A stretch of 64,000 nt of DNA from Octopus sinensis (Eukaryota), in the NCBI RefSeq assembly GCF_006345805.1, contig NC_043004.1:63860001-63924000 (forward strand), given 5' to 3'. The position numbers and the translations under genes are program-made. The notes under the pieces were generated by a model. It made no database searches. It was not told the origin of the DNA and was given only the letters and a program-made list of their open reading frames with translations. The first letter of the stretch is position 1. Each line of letters starts with the position of its first letter. Positions 13,678 to 28,210 of this stretch are shown one piece after another.

Positions 13678-13858
13678 TGTGTGTGTATTGATATCTATAT
13701 ATATGTATGTTAACTTATTTTTATCAATTATCTATAGTCCTATATATTTGTGTAAATGAATACTTATATGTATTATGTATTGTCATGTGTAGTTATACAC
13801 ACACACATACACACACACACATATATATATCTATATCTATATATATATAGAGAGAGAG

Positions 13859-13931
<73 letters not shown>

Positions 13932-14305
13932 TATGTATCTATATTTCTATGTATATGTATATATGTGTATATGTATTTATGTAAACATGTATGTGTGTGT
14001 CTATATGTATTATATATATACGAGTGTGTATATTATAAGTATTACCATATATTATATTCCTCTAATAAAATAACTTTATTACAGGAAAAGAGTAATTATG
14101 ATAATGATATTGAAGTCATTAGGAAGTTTTAAAGTTATGTTATTTTATAATGCAGCGTGGAAGGGGTTTATAAGCCATTTAAACCACAAAAATTGTTAGA
14201 TTTACTTCAACATTTAACTTTAATTTGTCAAAATATTTCCGTCGCTTTGAGACCGCGAACTTTTCACTGACGTGCTGCGTCTGAGAAAGTAACAGTTAGT
14301 TCATG

Positions 14306-14336
<31 letters not shown>

Positions 14337-14724
14337 TGTATGTATGTATGTATGTATGTATGTATGTATGTATGTATGTATGTATGTATGTGTGCATCTA
14401 AGAATGTGCGTATGCATATGTGTACATGCCTATAAGAACATATGTATATATGTATATATGTATGCACGTATGTACTTATGTATGTATGTGAGTATTTAGG
14501 TATGTAAGTGTGTAGACGTGTCTGTGTGTGTGTGTATATGTGTATGTACATGTGAACGTATGCCTATGTACTGATATGTGTGTTTGTTCAAGTTGTATAT
14601 ATGACTATTACTAAGTCGAAGGTTGTATACACTCACACACGCACACATATATATATATATACATATATATATACATATATATATACATATATATATATTT
14701 ACAAATATATACATATATATATAT

Positions 14725-14798
<74 letters not shown>

Positions 14799-14941
14799 TG
14801 TGTATATGTGTGTGTGTGTATTGATATCTATATATATGTATGTTAACTTATTTTTATCAATTATCTATAGTCCTATATATTTGTGTAAATGAATACTTAT
14901 ATGTATTATGTATTGTCATGTATATTTATACACACACACAT

Positions 14942-14988
<47 letters not shown>

Positions 14989-14989
14989 C

Positions 14990-15074
<85 letters not shown>

Positions 15075-15793
15075 TATGTATCTATATATCTTTGTATATG
15101 TATATATGTGTATATGTATTTATGTAAACATGTATGTGTGTGTCTATATATATTATATATATACGAGTGTGTATATTATAAGTATTACCATATATTATAT
15201 TCCTCTAATAAAATAACTTTATTACAGGAAAAGAGTAATTATGATAATGATACTGAAGTCATTAGGAAGTTTTAAAGTTATGTTATTTTATAATGCCGTG
15301 TGGAAGGGGTTTATAAGCCATTTAAAACACAAAAATTGTTAGATTTACTTCAACATTCAAATTTAATTTGTCAAAATATTTCCGTCGCTTTGAGACAGCG
15401 AACTTTTCACTGACGAGCTGCGTCTGAGAAAGTAACAGTTAGTTCATGATATGTATGTATGTATGTATGTATGTGTGCATTTAAGAATGTGCGTATGCAT
15501 ATGTGTACATGCCTATAAGAACATATGTATATATGTATATATGTATGCACGTATGTACTTATGTATGTATGTGAGTATTTAGGTATGTAAGTGTGTAGAC
15601 GTGTCTGTGTGTGTGTATATATGTGTATGTACATGTGAACGTATGCCTATGTACTGATATGTGTGTTTGCTCAAGTTGTATATATGACTGTTACTAAGTC
15701 GAAGGTTGTATACACTCACACACGCACACATATATATATATATGCATATATATACATATATATATACATATATATATATTTACAAATATATAC

Positions 15794-15845
<52 letters not shown>
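13650..15845. repeat. Tandem duplication, two ~1.1-kb units
   Basis: ttgatatctatatatatgtatgttaacttatt occurs at 13688 and 14821; unique segments and the order of the (GATA), (TATG) and (GT) tracts are repeated. Confidence 0.95.
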
Positions 15846-16439
15846 ATGTATTCCTCTCATCACCGTCTAACAGGAATGAATACGTCTTAGATACATACAT
15901 GCAAATATAAACATGCCTATACACATGTACAAGCACACAGAATCATATAAACACGTATACCCACTCGCATATATACGTGTACTCTTAAAGTATACACATA
16001 TATACGCTTATCCATATATATATGTCACAATTTTCGCAGACAACGGTTAAAATTCAATTATTTTATTTTTTCAATTTATTTTTATTTTTATTTTATTATA
16101 CATAGACATATACATATATATGTGATTACATGCATGTATATATATATATATAATAGATACATATATCTACACCCATACTCGTGCATGCATCTACACACTC
16201 ATACACACATTACTTACACAGCACATACATGCACACGTACACACATACATACACAAGTACGCTAAAATACACATACATCTATACATACGTACATATATAT
16301 TAATCTTTGTACATTCATACGATCATATATAATTATGTATATTTCAATATCTTGCATCTCAACACGTACGTATGGATTTCTACACGTAAATGAGAAAAAG
16401 GGGGTGATTATAGATGGGTACTGCCGAGTGGAATCTGGC

Positions 16440-19030
16440 TGTTACACCATTAGGGTTTACGGTTGAGGATGGGTTTGAATTCCTGTATACAGACAGGTTC
16501 AGGGGTTTGTCTTAGCATTGCATCAGTTGGATGTGTACATAATATTCTAAACTAAGTCTCCTGAGGAGCCATTGTGACAGTCTACAGCATGCTGATAGAA
16601 GATGGAGTTTGTTTGTTTATTTTTTTTAATTTAGTTGTCCATGTGTTGTCTTTGAACTTGTCATCGATGCTCCTAGAGGTCTCTCCAATATATGACTCCG
16701 GGATAATAGTGCAAGTCCCTTTCTTTTCTGCAGTTCATATGTGGGTTTATAGAACATACTGTACAATTATTCTGACACGTGATTCTATCAAATGGGTATG
16801 ATGTACTTAATGCAGATTTGATAGTCCTACCTGTGTTATCTACAACTTTGATCTTAAGGCCGGTTGTGTGCAAGATTTTCTTAAATGCACTACTTAATTC
16901 GTTCCTAGGTGTAGCGTCAACAAACATTACACTGTAAAACTTCCTGTTATCATACCAAATATTGGTTTTATTTCTTTTGTTGGTGTCCCTCTCCAACCTA
17001 TTCCAGAACTTGCTGCGGTATAGGGGGCATATGCTCTTTTCATCATCTCTTAGAATGCGTTCGAATCTTGTTTTCGCTCCTTTGTACACTCTGATTCTAT
17101 CGTACTGTGTGCAACCGGAACGTTGCATTCGGAATATGTAGTGCTAGATGTGTTGTTGCCGTTCTCGTGGCTGGCATAGTGGGGATACGTTCCTCATTAA
17201 CCTAAGTCTGCCACGAAGATGCTAATGTTGGTAGTACTTGACATCGCTGAGTAACTACGGATTATCAGTGGATTAGCCATAGGTTTAAAATAGTGTGAGT
17301 GGAGTAAAGAGGGTTTAACAGTTCCGTTAATCATAGTATATTCTATCCACAACTCAGTATCTACGACAGGTAATCTATTTCTTGGGTGTTTATGGGGGTA
17401 GTCTACAGTAACCTTTATACTACTATGGATAGAGTCAGCTATGTGTTGTGTAGTTGCCATCATCTGTTCTTCATTCAGTAGAGTGTCGATATCTGTATTA
17501 CTATTACTTTTCACAACGGTAATGTCTTCAACGTATCGAGAATACATAGTTGAGTGGATGTTACGGGTCACTAGTCACTGCTTAAAATGCCTGCCCCACC
17601 ATACCATGAAGAGGTTGGCAGCATCACCGGCGATCCCCACCACCTTTCATCTATATAGTTCATTTCATTTCATTTATATAGTTTATTATTAAACTTTAAA
17701 ATATGGTTTTTAAGAGTAGCTCTAAGGCTGGCTCCGATAGCGTGTGCTACAGTGGTTCTGATGTCGTGTGTACCGAAAGTGGGTGATCTGGTTTTGTCCA
17801 TCCGTGCCAGCGTTCACTGTGGGTCATTTTGTATGCTGGAATAATAGTAGACGGTCTACCTCGTTTGTTACGGGTGGGACAAGCATATACCAGGTTATTG
17901 CGTGACAGATATTCGTCGGTACAAGTTAGGGTCAGTAAGAGACGTAATGCAAATATATCCACATTTTTAAATAATATATTGCTCTTACAAGTTAACTCTT
18001 ATATATTTTTCAATAGCAAAGTCAACATCAATAGAAGGATATAGTGATACCACATCCATGCTACCTACGATGTGGTCACTGAGGTCACATGTGGTGTTGC
18101 ATATACGGATCCTGCAAACGGGATCTTCAGTTCCATCACATACATCTATAGATAACTCTATTAAGGGTCGACGGAATTGTGAAAGAAAATATATTTTGTG
18201 ATTGTTAGCATTGTTGGCACCACAAACGGGTCGGGTAGGTGGACCAAGTACATGATTTGTGTAGCTCTTATGATTTTTCGAAGGCCATATAGGGGTGGGA
18301 TTTCATTGTTGTTGGTTATGGAATTGTTCGCTGTACGTTTCTCGGACTGGAGAATGATACACAGCATTCCCATTTGAGCATTCGAGTGTAGTTGTCTCTA
18401 TCTTGTCTCTGGTGTGTGGTTGCATGTTCGAAATATAGCTTGATACGTTATCAACATACATTCCGCCTGATTTGTCAGTCGGGAAACATACAATTTCTCT
18501 ATCCTTTTAATTTGTTAAGACCTTTCTTAATTTTGGTGTCAAGATCATAGGTCTTATTTTTTGAACGTTTCAGTTTATGCCTTTGGGTGTGGTCAGAGAA
18601 AGCAGACAGTAGTTTTGACTTAGTTAGGGTAAACTTTGCTTTTAAAGCAATGTCAGCATAGGGTGGTATGCATACTCTTTTGCTGAAGGATAAGTTGGTA
18701 GGGCAGACCCTTTTCATGTCAAACGGTATGTGACGTATGAATGATTTTTGTCAGATGTGCCATGAATATCAGGATGTTTTGGTTGTGGTTAAAGTGTGTT
18801 CTCCATCTTAGTTTGGTGAAGCATTTCTCAATGTCTGACAGTATTGATATCTTTCTAACCATATAATATATGGCAAACTTCGGAGGGAGTTCTAGGACAG
18901 CGACTTCATCTGTATCTAGTTGTACTCCTCCGTTCACTCTTACGTTTCTTGTTAGTTGATCATCATCTATGTATCTGTCATTCATCATTCGATTCAGACA
19001 TGTCAAGCTGTTTAGTTATTGGGTGGTTGT
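16440..19030 (-). mobile_element. Decayed near full-length Penelope-like element (Neptune-like Cys linker)
   Basis: Minus strand: EVAVLELPPKFAI...DIEKCFTKLRW (N-terminus); YSRYVEDI (YxDD decayed); HSHYFKPMANPLII; linker CQNNCTVCSINPHMNCRK; IYWRDL at the GIY-YIG YIG site; terminal QEFKPILNRK. Fragmented by stops and frameshifts. Confidence 0.85.
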
Positions 19031-20499
19031 ATGGTAGTTGTATCATCCATGTTAGTTTCTCTTCAAAGTGTTGTATCTTGAATGATGTTAAATGTAATTA
19101 TATAAATTTATATTAAATTTTAAAGTAGAGCCTATTGTAAATTTTATATATTTCTAATATTGTTACGAATGTACTAAATTATAAACATATTAATTTAAAC
19201 TGAATTATTTCCCCTGAAAATAAAAAAAAGATCATTTGATAATGTAAAAATTAGTATAGATAAAAATTATTCTCGCATGAATAATAATTATTATACACCA
19301 TATTAAAAACATACTTAGTAAATCACCTTTGTGAAATTATATCCTTTCTATTCTTCCGTAAGTATAAATGTATATAAACATAATATGAGATTTTTCCTCT
19401 AAGAAACAATGTAATTTTCATTTTAATTTTAATTTTAGCATTATTTTATGATATGGAAATGAATAATTAACAAAAGGACATTTACGAAGTCCTTTTCATT
19501 AAATTGCTTCCGGATAACTGGTTAATTCAGAGTTTCTTTTAAACTTCTACTGTAATAATCTTATGATATTTTTTACGAAGTTTCTTTCTTATATAAACTA
19601 TATAATTTTTAATTATTAACCTTTGAATTTTAGTTATGATTATTTTAAATAATTAATGCAATGTAATTTATAATATTATTTGCTACTTGACTAGAGATGA
19701 TATAGTAATTTAAATATATTATTTTGCTATTTACCCATAGATAAAAAAGTGTACTGTTACTGTAATAACATGTATTTTTAATAATATAAAAGAATGAACG
19801 CGATATTTCATTTTCCGCCATGGTTTTTGTATTAATATTTAAAAGAAAAATATTTCTAAAAATATTGTTCCTGGTATAAAAAAAATAATGCGCTGATATA
19901 CTTATATTAGAATACTTAACAATATACAAATGTATTCTATGAACGTTATATTATTTTATATTTTTTATATTTATTTTTGTTTTCAATTATTAGCGCTCAC
20001 GATTGAAAACATGAAAATATTTAAATTCACTCTTTTCTTGGATTTATGAATCCTTATCAATCAAAAATTACACTGAAGAGATTCATACCTACAAACAATG
20101 GATTTTTATAACTTTTTTATGGCTAAAAATCGAAACAATTGTATGTAATTTGTATTTGATATTTATTATATACTATATTATATTATTATAAGAACATAAT
20201 ATTATATAGAATTATGTTAATAAATTTTAAACTTTGTATTGATAATAATATATTTCCATTTTCTATCATTTATATATATATATCTGGCCTTGGCAGATGA
20301 ATTCTATCCATTTGCTAAAAAAAAAAAACGACGAAACTGCAGTACAAGATTGGCTGAGATGGTAAACGTTTTTAATTGTCTTTCCATTTCATGAATTTAT
20401 CCCCTCTTTGTGTATCTAGAACTTGCTTCTTTATTGGAAACCTTTTAATGTACTTATATATATATATATTATAGGCGGGAAGTAGTGCCTTTCTGTATG

Positions 20500-20655
20500 T
20501 TTAGGTTTCTTTTATTTACTGGTTTTTGGTGAAGTAGTTAGTTGGATGGAACTGCTCTTCTTCGTGATTTCTGCCGCGATTTGGACACATCTGGTAATAT
20601 CTCCCGATGCTCTTTGAAGACCTCCACATTTACACCTCGCAAGTCTCTGAGATTT
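20500..20655 (-). mobile_element. 3' end fragment of CR1/L2-like LINE ORF2
   Basis: Minus frame NLRDLRGVNVEVFKEH..ILPDVSKSRQKSRRRAVPSN*. Confidence 0.6.
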
Positions 20656-20760
20656 CCTCCTTGTGTATGTGTGTATGTGTGTGTGTGATAGAGAGAGAGA
20701 GACTCTGTGCGTGTGTGTGTGCGTGTTTATGTGTGTGTGCCTGTGTGTGTGGTGTGTGCC

Positions 20761-20814
<54 letters not shown>

Positions 20815-21399
20815 TGTAGAAGGTAGAAAAGTTACAGACGAGTTATGTATAGGGAAAGAACACAAAGTAGAAAACTCTAAAATAATTTTATCATGAACTG
20901 CATTGTAATAACGGTTTCCGTCGTTTAGACTTTTTCAATTAAGAGTAAAATAAGAAAAACAATTAAACTGGAGAAAAAAATTAATTGAAATGCTTTGTAA
21001 ATATTTCCATAGTTTTCAAATAGGTAAATATTTCTATGGTCTTCAGATACTATGTCTCTCTCCGTCTATCTCCGTCTCTCTTTCTCTCTCTCTCTCTCTC
21101 TTCCTTTGTGAATTCTTGGTAGGTAGGTAGTAGTAAATTTGAAGGAAAAGTGTATGAGTACAGCGAATTGATGGTTTAGGCAGGAGCAGCTGAGGAGGAA
21201 GAAGAAGGAGGAGGAGGAGGAGTAGGAGGAGTAGGAGGAGTAGGAGGAAGAGGAGGAGAAGTAAAATAAAGAAAGAAGAGGAAGAAGGAGAAAGAAAAGA
21301 AAAATACAGGAGTGCTGTGACAGTAAATGGTTCGAGGAATCTTCTTTAATGGTCAAATGACCTAAAAGTGATCTGTTGTAGTCATAGCAGTAGTGATGG

Positions 21400-21660
21400 T
21401 AATTGTTCTAAATTCTTGTAGTTGTTTCATTTGTGGTGGAGTCATTCAAAATAGGTTTATATTCTGCGATAAAATATGCTTCTTTGCTAATGTGCTGATT
21501 ATAGGTTACATTGTCCCTAAATTTATAGAGGGAAAAAATTCTAAGTTGGGTTGTTCCTATGTGGTGCAAATATCCATTTGCCCGTTTAATCCTATTTTTC
21601 TGTATTCTCGTATTTTAATCTTGAATCTATGTACCGTAATCCTATTGGAAGACTATGGAA
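21400..21660 (-). mobile_element. GIY-YIG C-terminal fragment of a third Penelope-like element
   Basis: Minus strand reads FPLYKFRDNVTYNQHISKEAYFIAEYKPILND, matching the PLE C-terminal E..FI..YKP.LN pattern. Confidence 0.6.
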
Positions 21661-21914
21661 ATATTTAAAAAACATTTAATTTGTCTTTTTTCCCAATTTA
21701 ATTGTTTTCCTTATTTCATACTTAGTCGAAAAAGCCTAAACGACGAAAACCGATATTAAAATGTACTTCATAATAAACTTATTTTAGAATTTTCTACCAT
21801 GTCTTTTTCCTTATATATGTGTGTGTGTGTGTGTGCCTGTGTGTGAATGTATGTGTGTATATATATATATATATACATACATACATTCACACACACATAT
21901 ATACATACATATAC

Positions 21915-21960
<46 letters not shown>

Positions 21961-22009
21961 TCTTCTGACGTTAAAAACTGTTTCCTCTTTCACTTATTTT
22001 GATCCCATT

Positions 22010-22510
22010 ATTTCCAATGAGGGATAATGAAATTGAGTCCAAAATCGGGAAGGCTAGTTCCACATTCGTTAAGTTCTACCACAGGCTTTGCAACAGCCAC
22101 GATGTATCTGTGAAGGTGAAACACGATGTGTACAAGTGGGTGAGTTTGACAGCATTGCTTTAGGGTGTTGAATCTATACCGAAAACACATCCACCACTTT
22201 AACGCTTTTCATATACGATGCTTGCATACTATCTCCAATAGAATACCCGAATAACCATATTTTTAACCATGAGTTTCGGAGAAAATGTAATTTATCAGGT
22301 ATTGACGCCCTCGTCATCAAAATGCAGCTGTGATGATCTGGTCACCTCTCACATATGAGTGATATCAGAAATCCGAAGCAACTTCTCTTTTTTCCCAACA
22401 AGAGAATCAGTTGGAAGGCTGCTATTGCTCTTCAAAGACAAACTAAAACACAGTCTGAAGCGATGTAACATTCCCTTTTCATCCCGGGAAAAGAAAGCAT
22501 CCGAACGCAG
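22010..22510 (+). mobile_element. RTE-clade LINE RT C-terminal fragment
   Basis: DNEIESKIGKASSTFVKFYHRLCNSHDVSVKVKHDVYK...LL*GVES..KHIHHFNAFHIRCLHTI. Confidence 0.8.
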
Positions 22511-22519
22511 GCTCTAGCG

Positions 22520-23330
22520 CCAGTCCGAATTTTTCCTCAGTTATAAATATGAAAGTCAATGTTTGTGTGTTCGTGTGTTCGTGTATTACTTATAGACTCA
22601 AAAACTACTGGGTCGATCCTAATGCAATTTGGAACATAAAATCTAAGCCAAGGTAGAAGGGTAATGTTGTAAGTTTCATACAATTTTGAGGGGTCATAAA
22701 GAGTTGGGGTGCAGAACCCTCCGTAAAAATCCATATGCTTCGGATTCTGATGAAATTTGAACCATCTGTATTAAAAATGAATTTTAAAATATAACCAAAA
22801 TTTCCATTTCTAACCCTCAAATTTAGTCATTTTTCAATGCATAAGGGTGTGTATAATGCAGTATGTTTGGTTTGAATTTGAGGGGGCTTAAAACCCATAT
22901 GAAAATTCATAAATTTCTGATGTTGATGAAATTTCAACCATAGATAACAAATCATGAAGTATTCCCAAAGTTTCCGCTTTTCATGAGGATTCTAAGACCC
23001 CTTAATGGGGGCCTTAACTCCCAAATTTTAGTCATTTTTTATGATCCAAAACAAGGTCAAGTATATTATATAGATCTTTATGAAATTTAGAAATTATATT
23101 CTAAGCATAAAGGCGGATGTAGTGCAGTATATGTTTGAAAGTGAAGGGACGTAAATGAAGCCATAACTCGCATGAAATTTCATGTATTTTTGCTGCTGAT
23201 GAAATTTTAACCATAGATATTAGAAACAAATGAAGTAATATTCCTAAAATTTCAACTCTTTAGGAGGTTAGTAAGACCCCTTAATGGGAGATAACCCACA
23301 CAATTTAGTTATTTTTCCTAAGCCAAGACG
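22520..23330. repeat. Segment with three degenerate ~200-290-bp internal units (non-autonomous DNA-element-like)
   Basis: ctgatgaaatttgaaccat / ttgatgaaatttcaaccat / ctgatgaaattttaaccat at ~22747, ~22923, ~23197; taagaccccttaatggg occurs twice. Confidence 0.7.
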
Positions 23331-23989
23331 AATACAATTGTAGTCTTGGAAGCTGTAGAATCACCCGAGGATACAAGATGAGCGTTATTTGTAATTCAAT
23401 GGTACAACACTGTAAGAGTTTGCTTTGAGATATATTTAGATTGTGATTTCTTCAATGTGGTGCATAAATTGTCAAGTAAAGGAGAGGCATCTTTGCCTCT
23501 ATTGATTCAGTTCCAAAGTGTTGTTTTGAGTAACGTTATTTGGTTGCAGACCTCCTTTGAGTTTTTTTATTATCACTTGGTCAGAGATAGTCCCCAGATG
23601 CTAACATTTATAAGTGATTGGTCATTCAAAGAAATTAATAGATTGCAAATTTCTGTTTAGTTACCTATCGCTATAGTAATCATTAGCAAAGTCCAAAGGG
23701 GATACGTTCATTTCACCTTAGCCCTCACGTCACACAGTTTTTAATGTTTATTTGAGTTGGGTCACGCTCTTCCAATTGCTATAGATCCGTAATGCATCTT
23801 ACGGCTGTACTGGTCACCTGAATGGTGAGGAATTCCACATTGGGGACTGGTAACGACTAAGGTAGTGTAGCTGACTGCTTATTGTGATCATTCGTCTTTT
23901 GGTTTCCTCTAGGTTTGCCTTCTTTTACAAACTCAGAGATTAATAGATTGCAAATTTATTCTGTTCTGAAGATGTGTTGATACCAAATT

Positions 23990-24350
23990 GCACCCCCTCT
24001 AGCTGGGCTCTGGAGAAATTCACTTGATACTGGCTACATTCCTGATAATTTTCTTTCCCAGTCTGTCGTTCCAGTCTTCAAAAAGAGAAACAAATCTCTT
24101 GCACTGAACTAACGTCCGTTTTCCCTCACCTTTTATATCATTAAAGTATGTGTGAGGGTGGTGAGATCGCGAATAACTCTCTTCCTCGAAGACATCAATC
24201 TGCTGAACCCCAACCAGCATGTTTTCTGTGATGGTATGGACTGCCTATCGCAGCTTCTGCAGTATTTTGGTGACATCTTAAAAACGTTGATAGAAGGCTC
24301 AAACACAGATGTCATATACCTTAATTTCAGCAAGGCAATTAATACTAGTA
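23990..24350 (+). mobile_element. CR1/L2-like LINE RT fragment
   Basis: LLNPNQHVFCDGMDCLSQLLQYFGDILKTLIEGSNTDVIYLNFSKAI matches the QHGF..GR.CL.QLL ... D.IYLDF.KAFD RT domain 2-3 signature. Confidence 0.85.
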
Positions 24351-24984
24351 CGATAATTCTGGTCCTTCGTACCTGATGCAGTTGATGATGCAGAGCACTC
24401 TCGGTTTGATTGATACTAAGAATGCAAAGCTCTTGCTCAGCCTAATAAGAGAGATCTAGTTTCTTGTATTAAACTCGGAACGCCTATCTTTCTAGTGTTC
24501 GATGCTGAAAAGAAGATGAATACTCCAAAACGAGCAGAGAGCACTCCATACTGAGTTGGCGTGTTTACGTTTTTTTTTTCAGCAGCGAGAATTCCTCTCC
24601 ACAACGAAATGCTGTGAATGTTGTTCTTACGAGGTCTCAATTATATTTGAACTGGTAAAAATTTATATTTGTAGACATCCCTGCTTAGCGCTTCGAATCC
24701 GTAGGAAATGATGGATACTACATTAACACTACATAGTTCGAATATGATATTATAAATTCTTCTATTAATAAGGTATACAAAAAATGTCCCAGATCAAAAC
24801 AATCGAACGTAGTGCAGATATAATATTAAATATCTTGAAAACCTAAAATTATATACGTAATTACAATGCCAAGTACGGAAAGGTATTAAACCTAAAGAGA
24901 GATTACTAGACTACTTTAGTCGCGTGTTAGTATGGATATGTCAGGATTTTGAGGAAGGTGCTTAGTCATATTTCTTTCTGCTGT

Positions 24985-25845
24985 AGTCAGAAGGCCTGAA
25001 ATTTTGTGGGTGCGAGCCAGACGATATCACCGAAACCAGTTTTTATTTTCCTGAAAGGAATAGTTGACCCCGGCGAAATTTGAACTCAGCAATTTTACGG
25101 GAGAAAGTCTGTTACATTAACCACCGTATTCAACTGGTACTTATTTTGTCGACTTCGAAGGGGAAAATAGTCAAAGTTGACTTCGGCGGAATTTGAACTC
25201 AGAATGTGAAGATTGACAAAATGTCGCTAAGTAATTTGCTCGTCTCTTTTATGTAACTAGTAATATTCTTCTCTACTCTAGGCACCAGGTCCCAAATTTT
25301 TAGGGAGGGGGCCAGTCGATTAGATCGACCCCTGTACGCAATTGGTATTTTCCACCTTAAAATGATGACAGGCAAAGTCGACCACGGCGGAATTTGAACT
25401 CAGAACCCGAAGACAGACGAAATACAGCTAAGCATTTCGCTCGGCGTGCTAACGTTTCTGCCAGCTCACTGCCTTATTAATTAATAAATATTCTTTTCTA
25501 TTCTAGGCACCGGGCCCGAATTTTTTTTGGTGGAGAGTCGATTAGATCGACCCCAGTACGTAACTGGTACTTATTTCATCGATCCCGAAAGGATGAAAGG
25601 CAAAGTCGACCTCGGCGGAATTTGAACTCAGAACATAGCGACAGACGAAATACCTATTTCTTTACTACCCACAAGGGGCTAAACACAGAGAGGACAAACA
25701 AGTACAGACAAACGGATTAAGTCGATTATATCGACCCCAGGATGAAAAGCAAAGTCGACCTAGGCTAAATTTCAACTCAAAATGCAGCGGCAGATGAAAC
25801 ACCGCTAAGCATTTCGCCCGTTTCTGCCAACTCGCCGCCTTGTTA
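24985..25845 (-). mobile_element. Head-to-tail cluster of about 5 SINE copies or fragments
   Basis: aaagt(c/t)gac...cggcg(g/a)aattt(g/c)aactca motif at ~25065, 25175, 25375, 25603 and 25752, all in the same orientation. Confidence 0.85.
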
Positions 25846-26281
25846 ATTCCGAAATACTGTAAGCTAAGTTAACCCGTGTAGTGTTTGAAACCAAAACGTC
25901 ATTGGACAAAATTAAAATCTGCTAACCAATGTTTATATGGTTCTTTACGTTTTTGCTATCCAACAACATTCAGAGAACAAAAAGAAATTGATCACAAAAA
26001 AGCAGTTTGTCTTTCTTCTAGGTTTTATTTAGAAACAAACATAATAAAAGAAAAAATATTACGTAAAAAATTCTTCACCTCTGCTTCCTACATGCAATAC
26101 ACTTGAAACAGTGAGAAAGCATCTACGTTGCTGCTCGCCTGCTTAGAATTGAAGCAAAGTCTCCTTCAAATCACACCATATTGTTATTTAAACTTCAAAA
26201 TATAAGATTTTATATGTTTCTAGTGTGTTTGTGTTCTTGTTTAAAATTTTGACGTATATATATCTATATCTATATATATTA

Positions 26282-26334
<53 letters not shown>

Positions 26335-26634
26335 GATATATATTTATAAGCTAAATCCAATGAAATGTGATTCGGAGAAAATTCGGCAGCTATTTTTAGC
26401 AGACACAACCCCATGCAAAGACTTAATTGTTGTTTTGTAATATAAATATATATATTAAAATTTACAAGGAAAAGGTTAACAGGAACTACGAAGTTTCGGC
26501 TTGCTCGCCGTTAGCATACTGACCTTGTAAAAATAATATGCACTCTACTACAAGTACCGAGTAAATCCTTCAGTATAATGGTTTTCAGTATATAACTAGA
26601 TATACAAGCATTTATACACATACACACACACACG

Positions 26635-26676
<42 letters not shown>

Positions 26677-26722
26677 AATATATATATAATACATATATAT
26701 ATACATACATTATATATATTAT

Positions 26723-26797
<75 letters not shown>

Positions 26798-26803
26798 GAT
26801 ATA

Positions 26804-26847
<44 letters not shown>

Positions 26848-27801
26848 GAACACGAGAATGAGTGTTCAACACAGCATTTATTGGATAAATAAAATGTGTA
26901 TTTATGGGTTAACAATGCTACTACTTGATCACTGGTTTTGATTTCACAATACTGAAAATCCCTCTCCTCGTTCCATAAGACTACATTACTCAGGTATTTC
27001 TCTTAGAAGCTATGATATCCGTTTCCAAGCTGGACAAAGTAACCTTATACAACATTGAAACGAATTAAGAGGAACGCTTGAAAATGTCGACTCTTTTCAC
27101 ATGAAACCAGGAGTAGCATTGATACTAAATATAGAATATACTCTGTGTGTGTGCGTGTGTGCGTTTGTGTGTGTGTGTAAGTATCCTTCTTATTGACTTT
27201 GTTGCCATTTGAGAAAGCGTTGAAAGTCTCATCATCCACTTGCTTATACTTTAGCATTACAAAGCTTCTCTTCTATTCTTTATATTACGGTTACCCACAG
27301 TGGCTGAACAAGATACTGAATTCTACTGTTATTGGAAACACAATATACTAATCAACGAAACATTATTATCCAAATTTTCATGCAAGTTTAATTGCACATG
27401 CATTAAATGCACGTCGGTGACCCAGACGTAAATTAAGCATTATCCTTTTTGAGATCAGTTTGACATGGTTTAGTACAGGTGGATCTTGGTTTTATTGGTT
27501 GGAGTTTTACTTGGGGATATTTTGTACGTTGTGTAGTTTATGAGTGATGTGAGGTATGTTTATTTCGTTGGGTGGTGAATATATGTTTCGTGTGCTCTGT
27601 ATGATTAGAATTATAAGTTAGAGAGCTGGGACGGTGATTGGACAGAGAATGTGCTGTGTGGGATGTTTTCGAAATGATAATGTTTTCGAAATGTGTACAT
27701 AGAAATGTGAACTGCGTGCATCTATTCAAGTTGTTTTAGTTATTGTTGTTATTGTTATCATTAATATTATTGTTATCATTAATATTATTATTATTATTTT
27801 C

Positions 27802-27847
<46 letters not shown>

Positions 27848-27933
27848 TAGTGTAGTAGTAGTAGTAGTAGTAGTGGTGTTGGTGGTGGTGGTGGTGGTGG
27901 TGGATGGTGGTGGTGGTGGTGGTGGTGCTAGTG

Positions 27934-27980
<47 letters not shown>

Positions 27981-28210
27981 GGTGGTGGTAGTAGTAGTAG
28001 TAGTGGTAGTAGTAGTAGCAGCAGCAATAGCTAGAGAAGGAGGAGGAGGTTTAATGTGGTTGTAGTGCCAGAGAGAGATTTTTTAAGTATTGATTGTTGT
28101 TGCTGATGTTATTATTATTATTATTGCCGTTCTGTCATGGATGCAGCTGCTGCTGTTACTGTGGCTGTTACTGTGGCTGCTTCCGCTTCTGACTTTGAAA
28201 TATATTCGAC

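Noticed and set aside
19030-20330. Very AT-rich block considered as a mitochondrial insertion or gene
   Set aside because: No recognisable mitochondrial gene, tRNA or credible ORF.
24583-24654. Possible 72-nt plus-strand exon (t10-cag acceptor, CTG|gtaaaa donor, two open frames)
   Set aside because: No recognisable domain and no partner exon; splice-like signals arise by chance in T-rich DNA.
25020-25845. Regularly recurring ~30-bp motif resembling a CRISPR array
   Set aside because: Eukaryotic SINE fragments with related, not unique, intervening sequence; irregular spacing; no cas genes.
26480-26525. Minus-strand ctaacggcgagcaagccgaaac hammerhead-like motif
   Set aside because: Two core substitutions and no convincing stem I.
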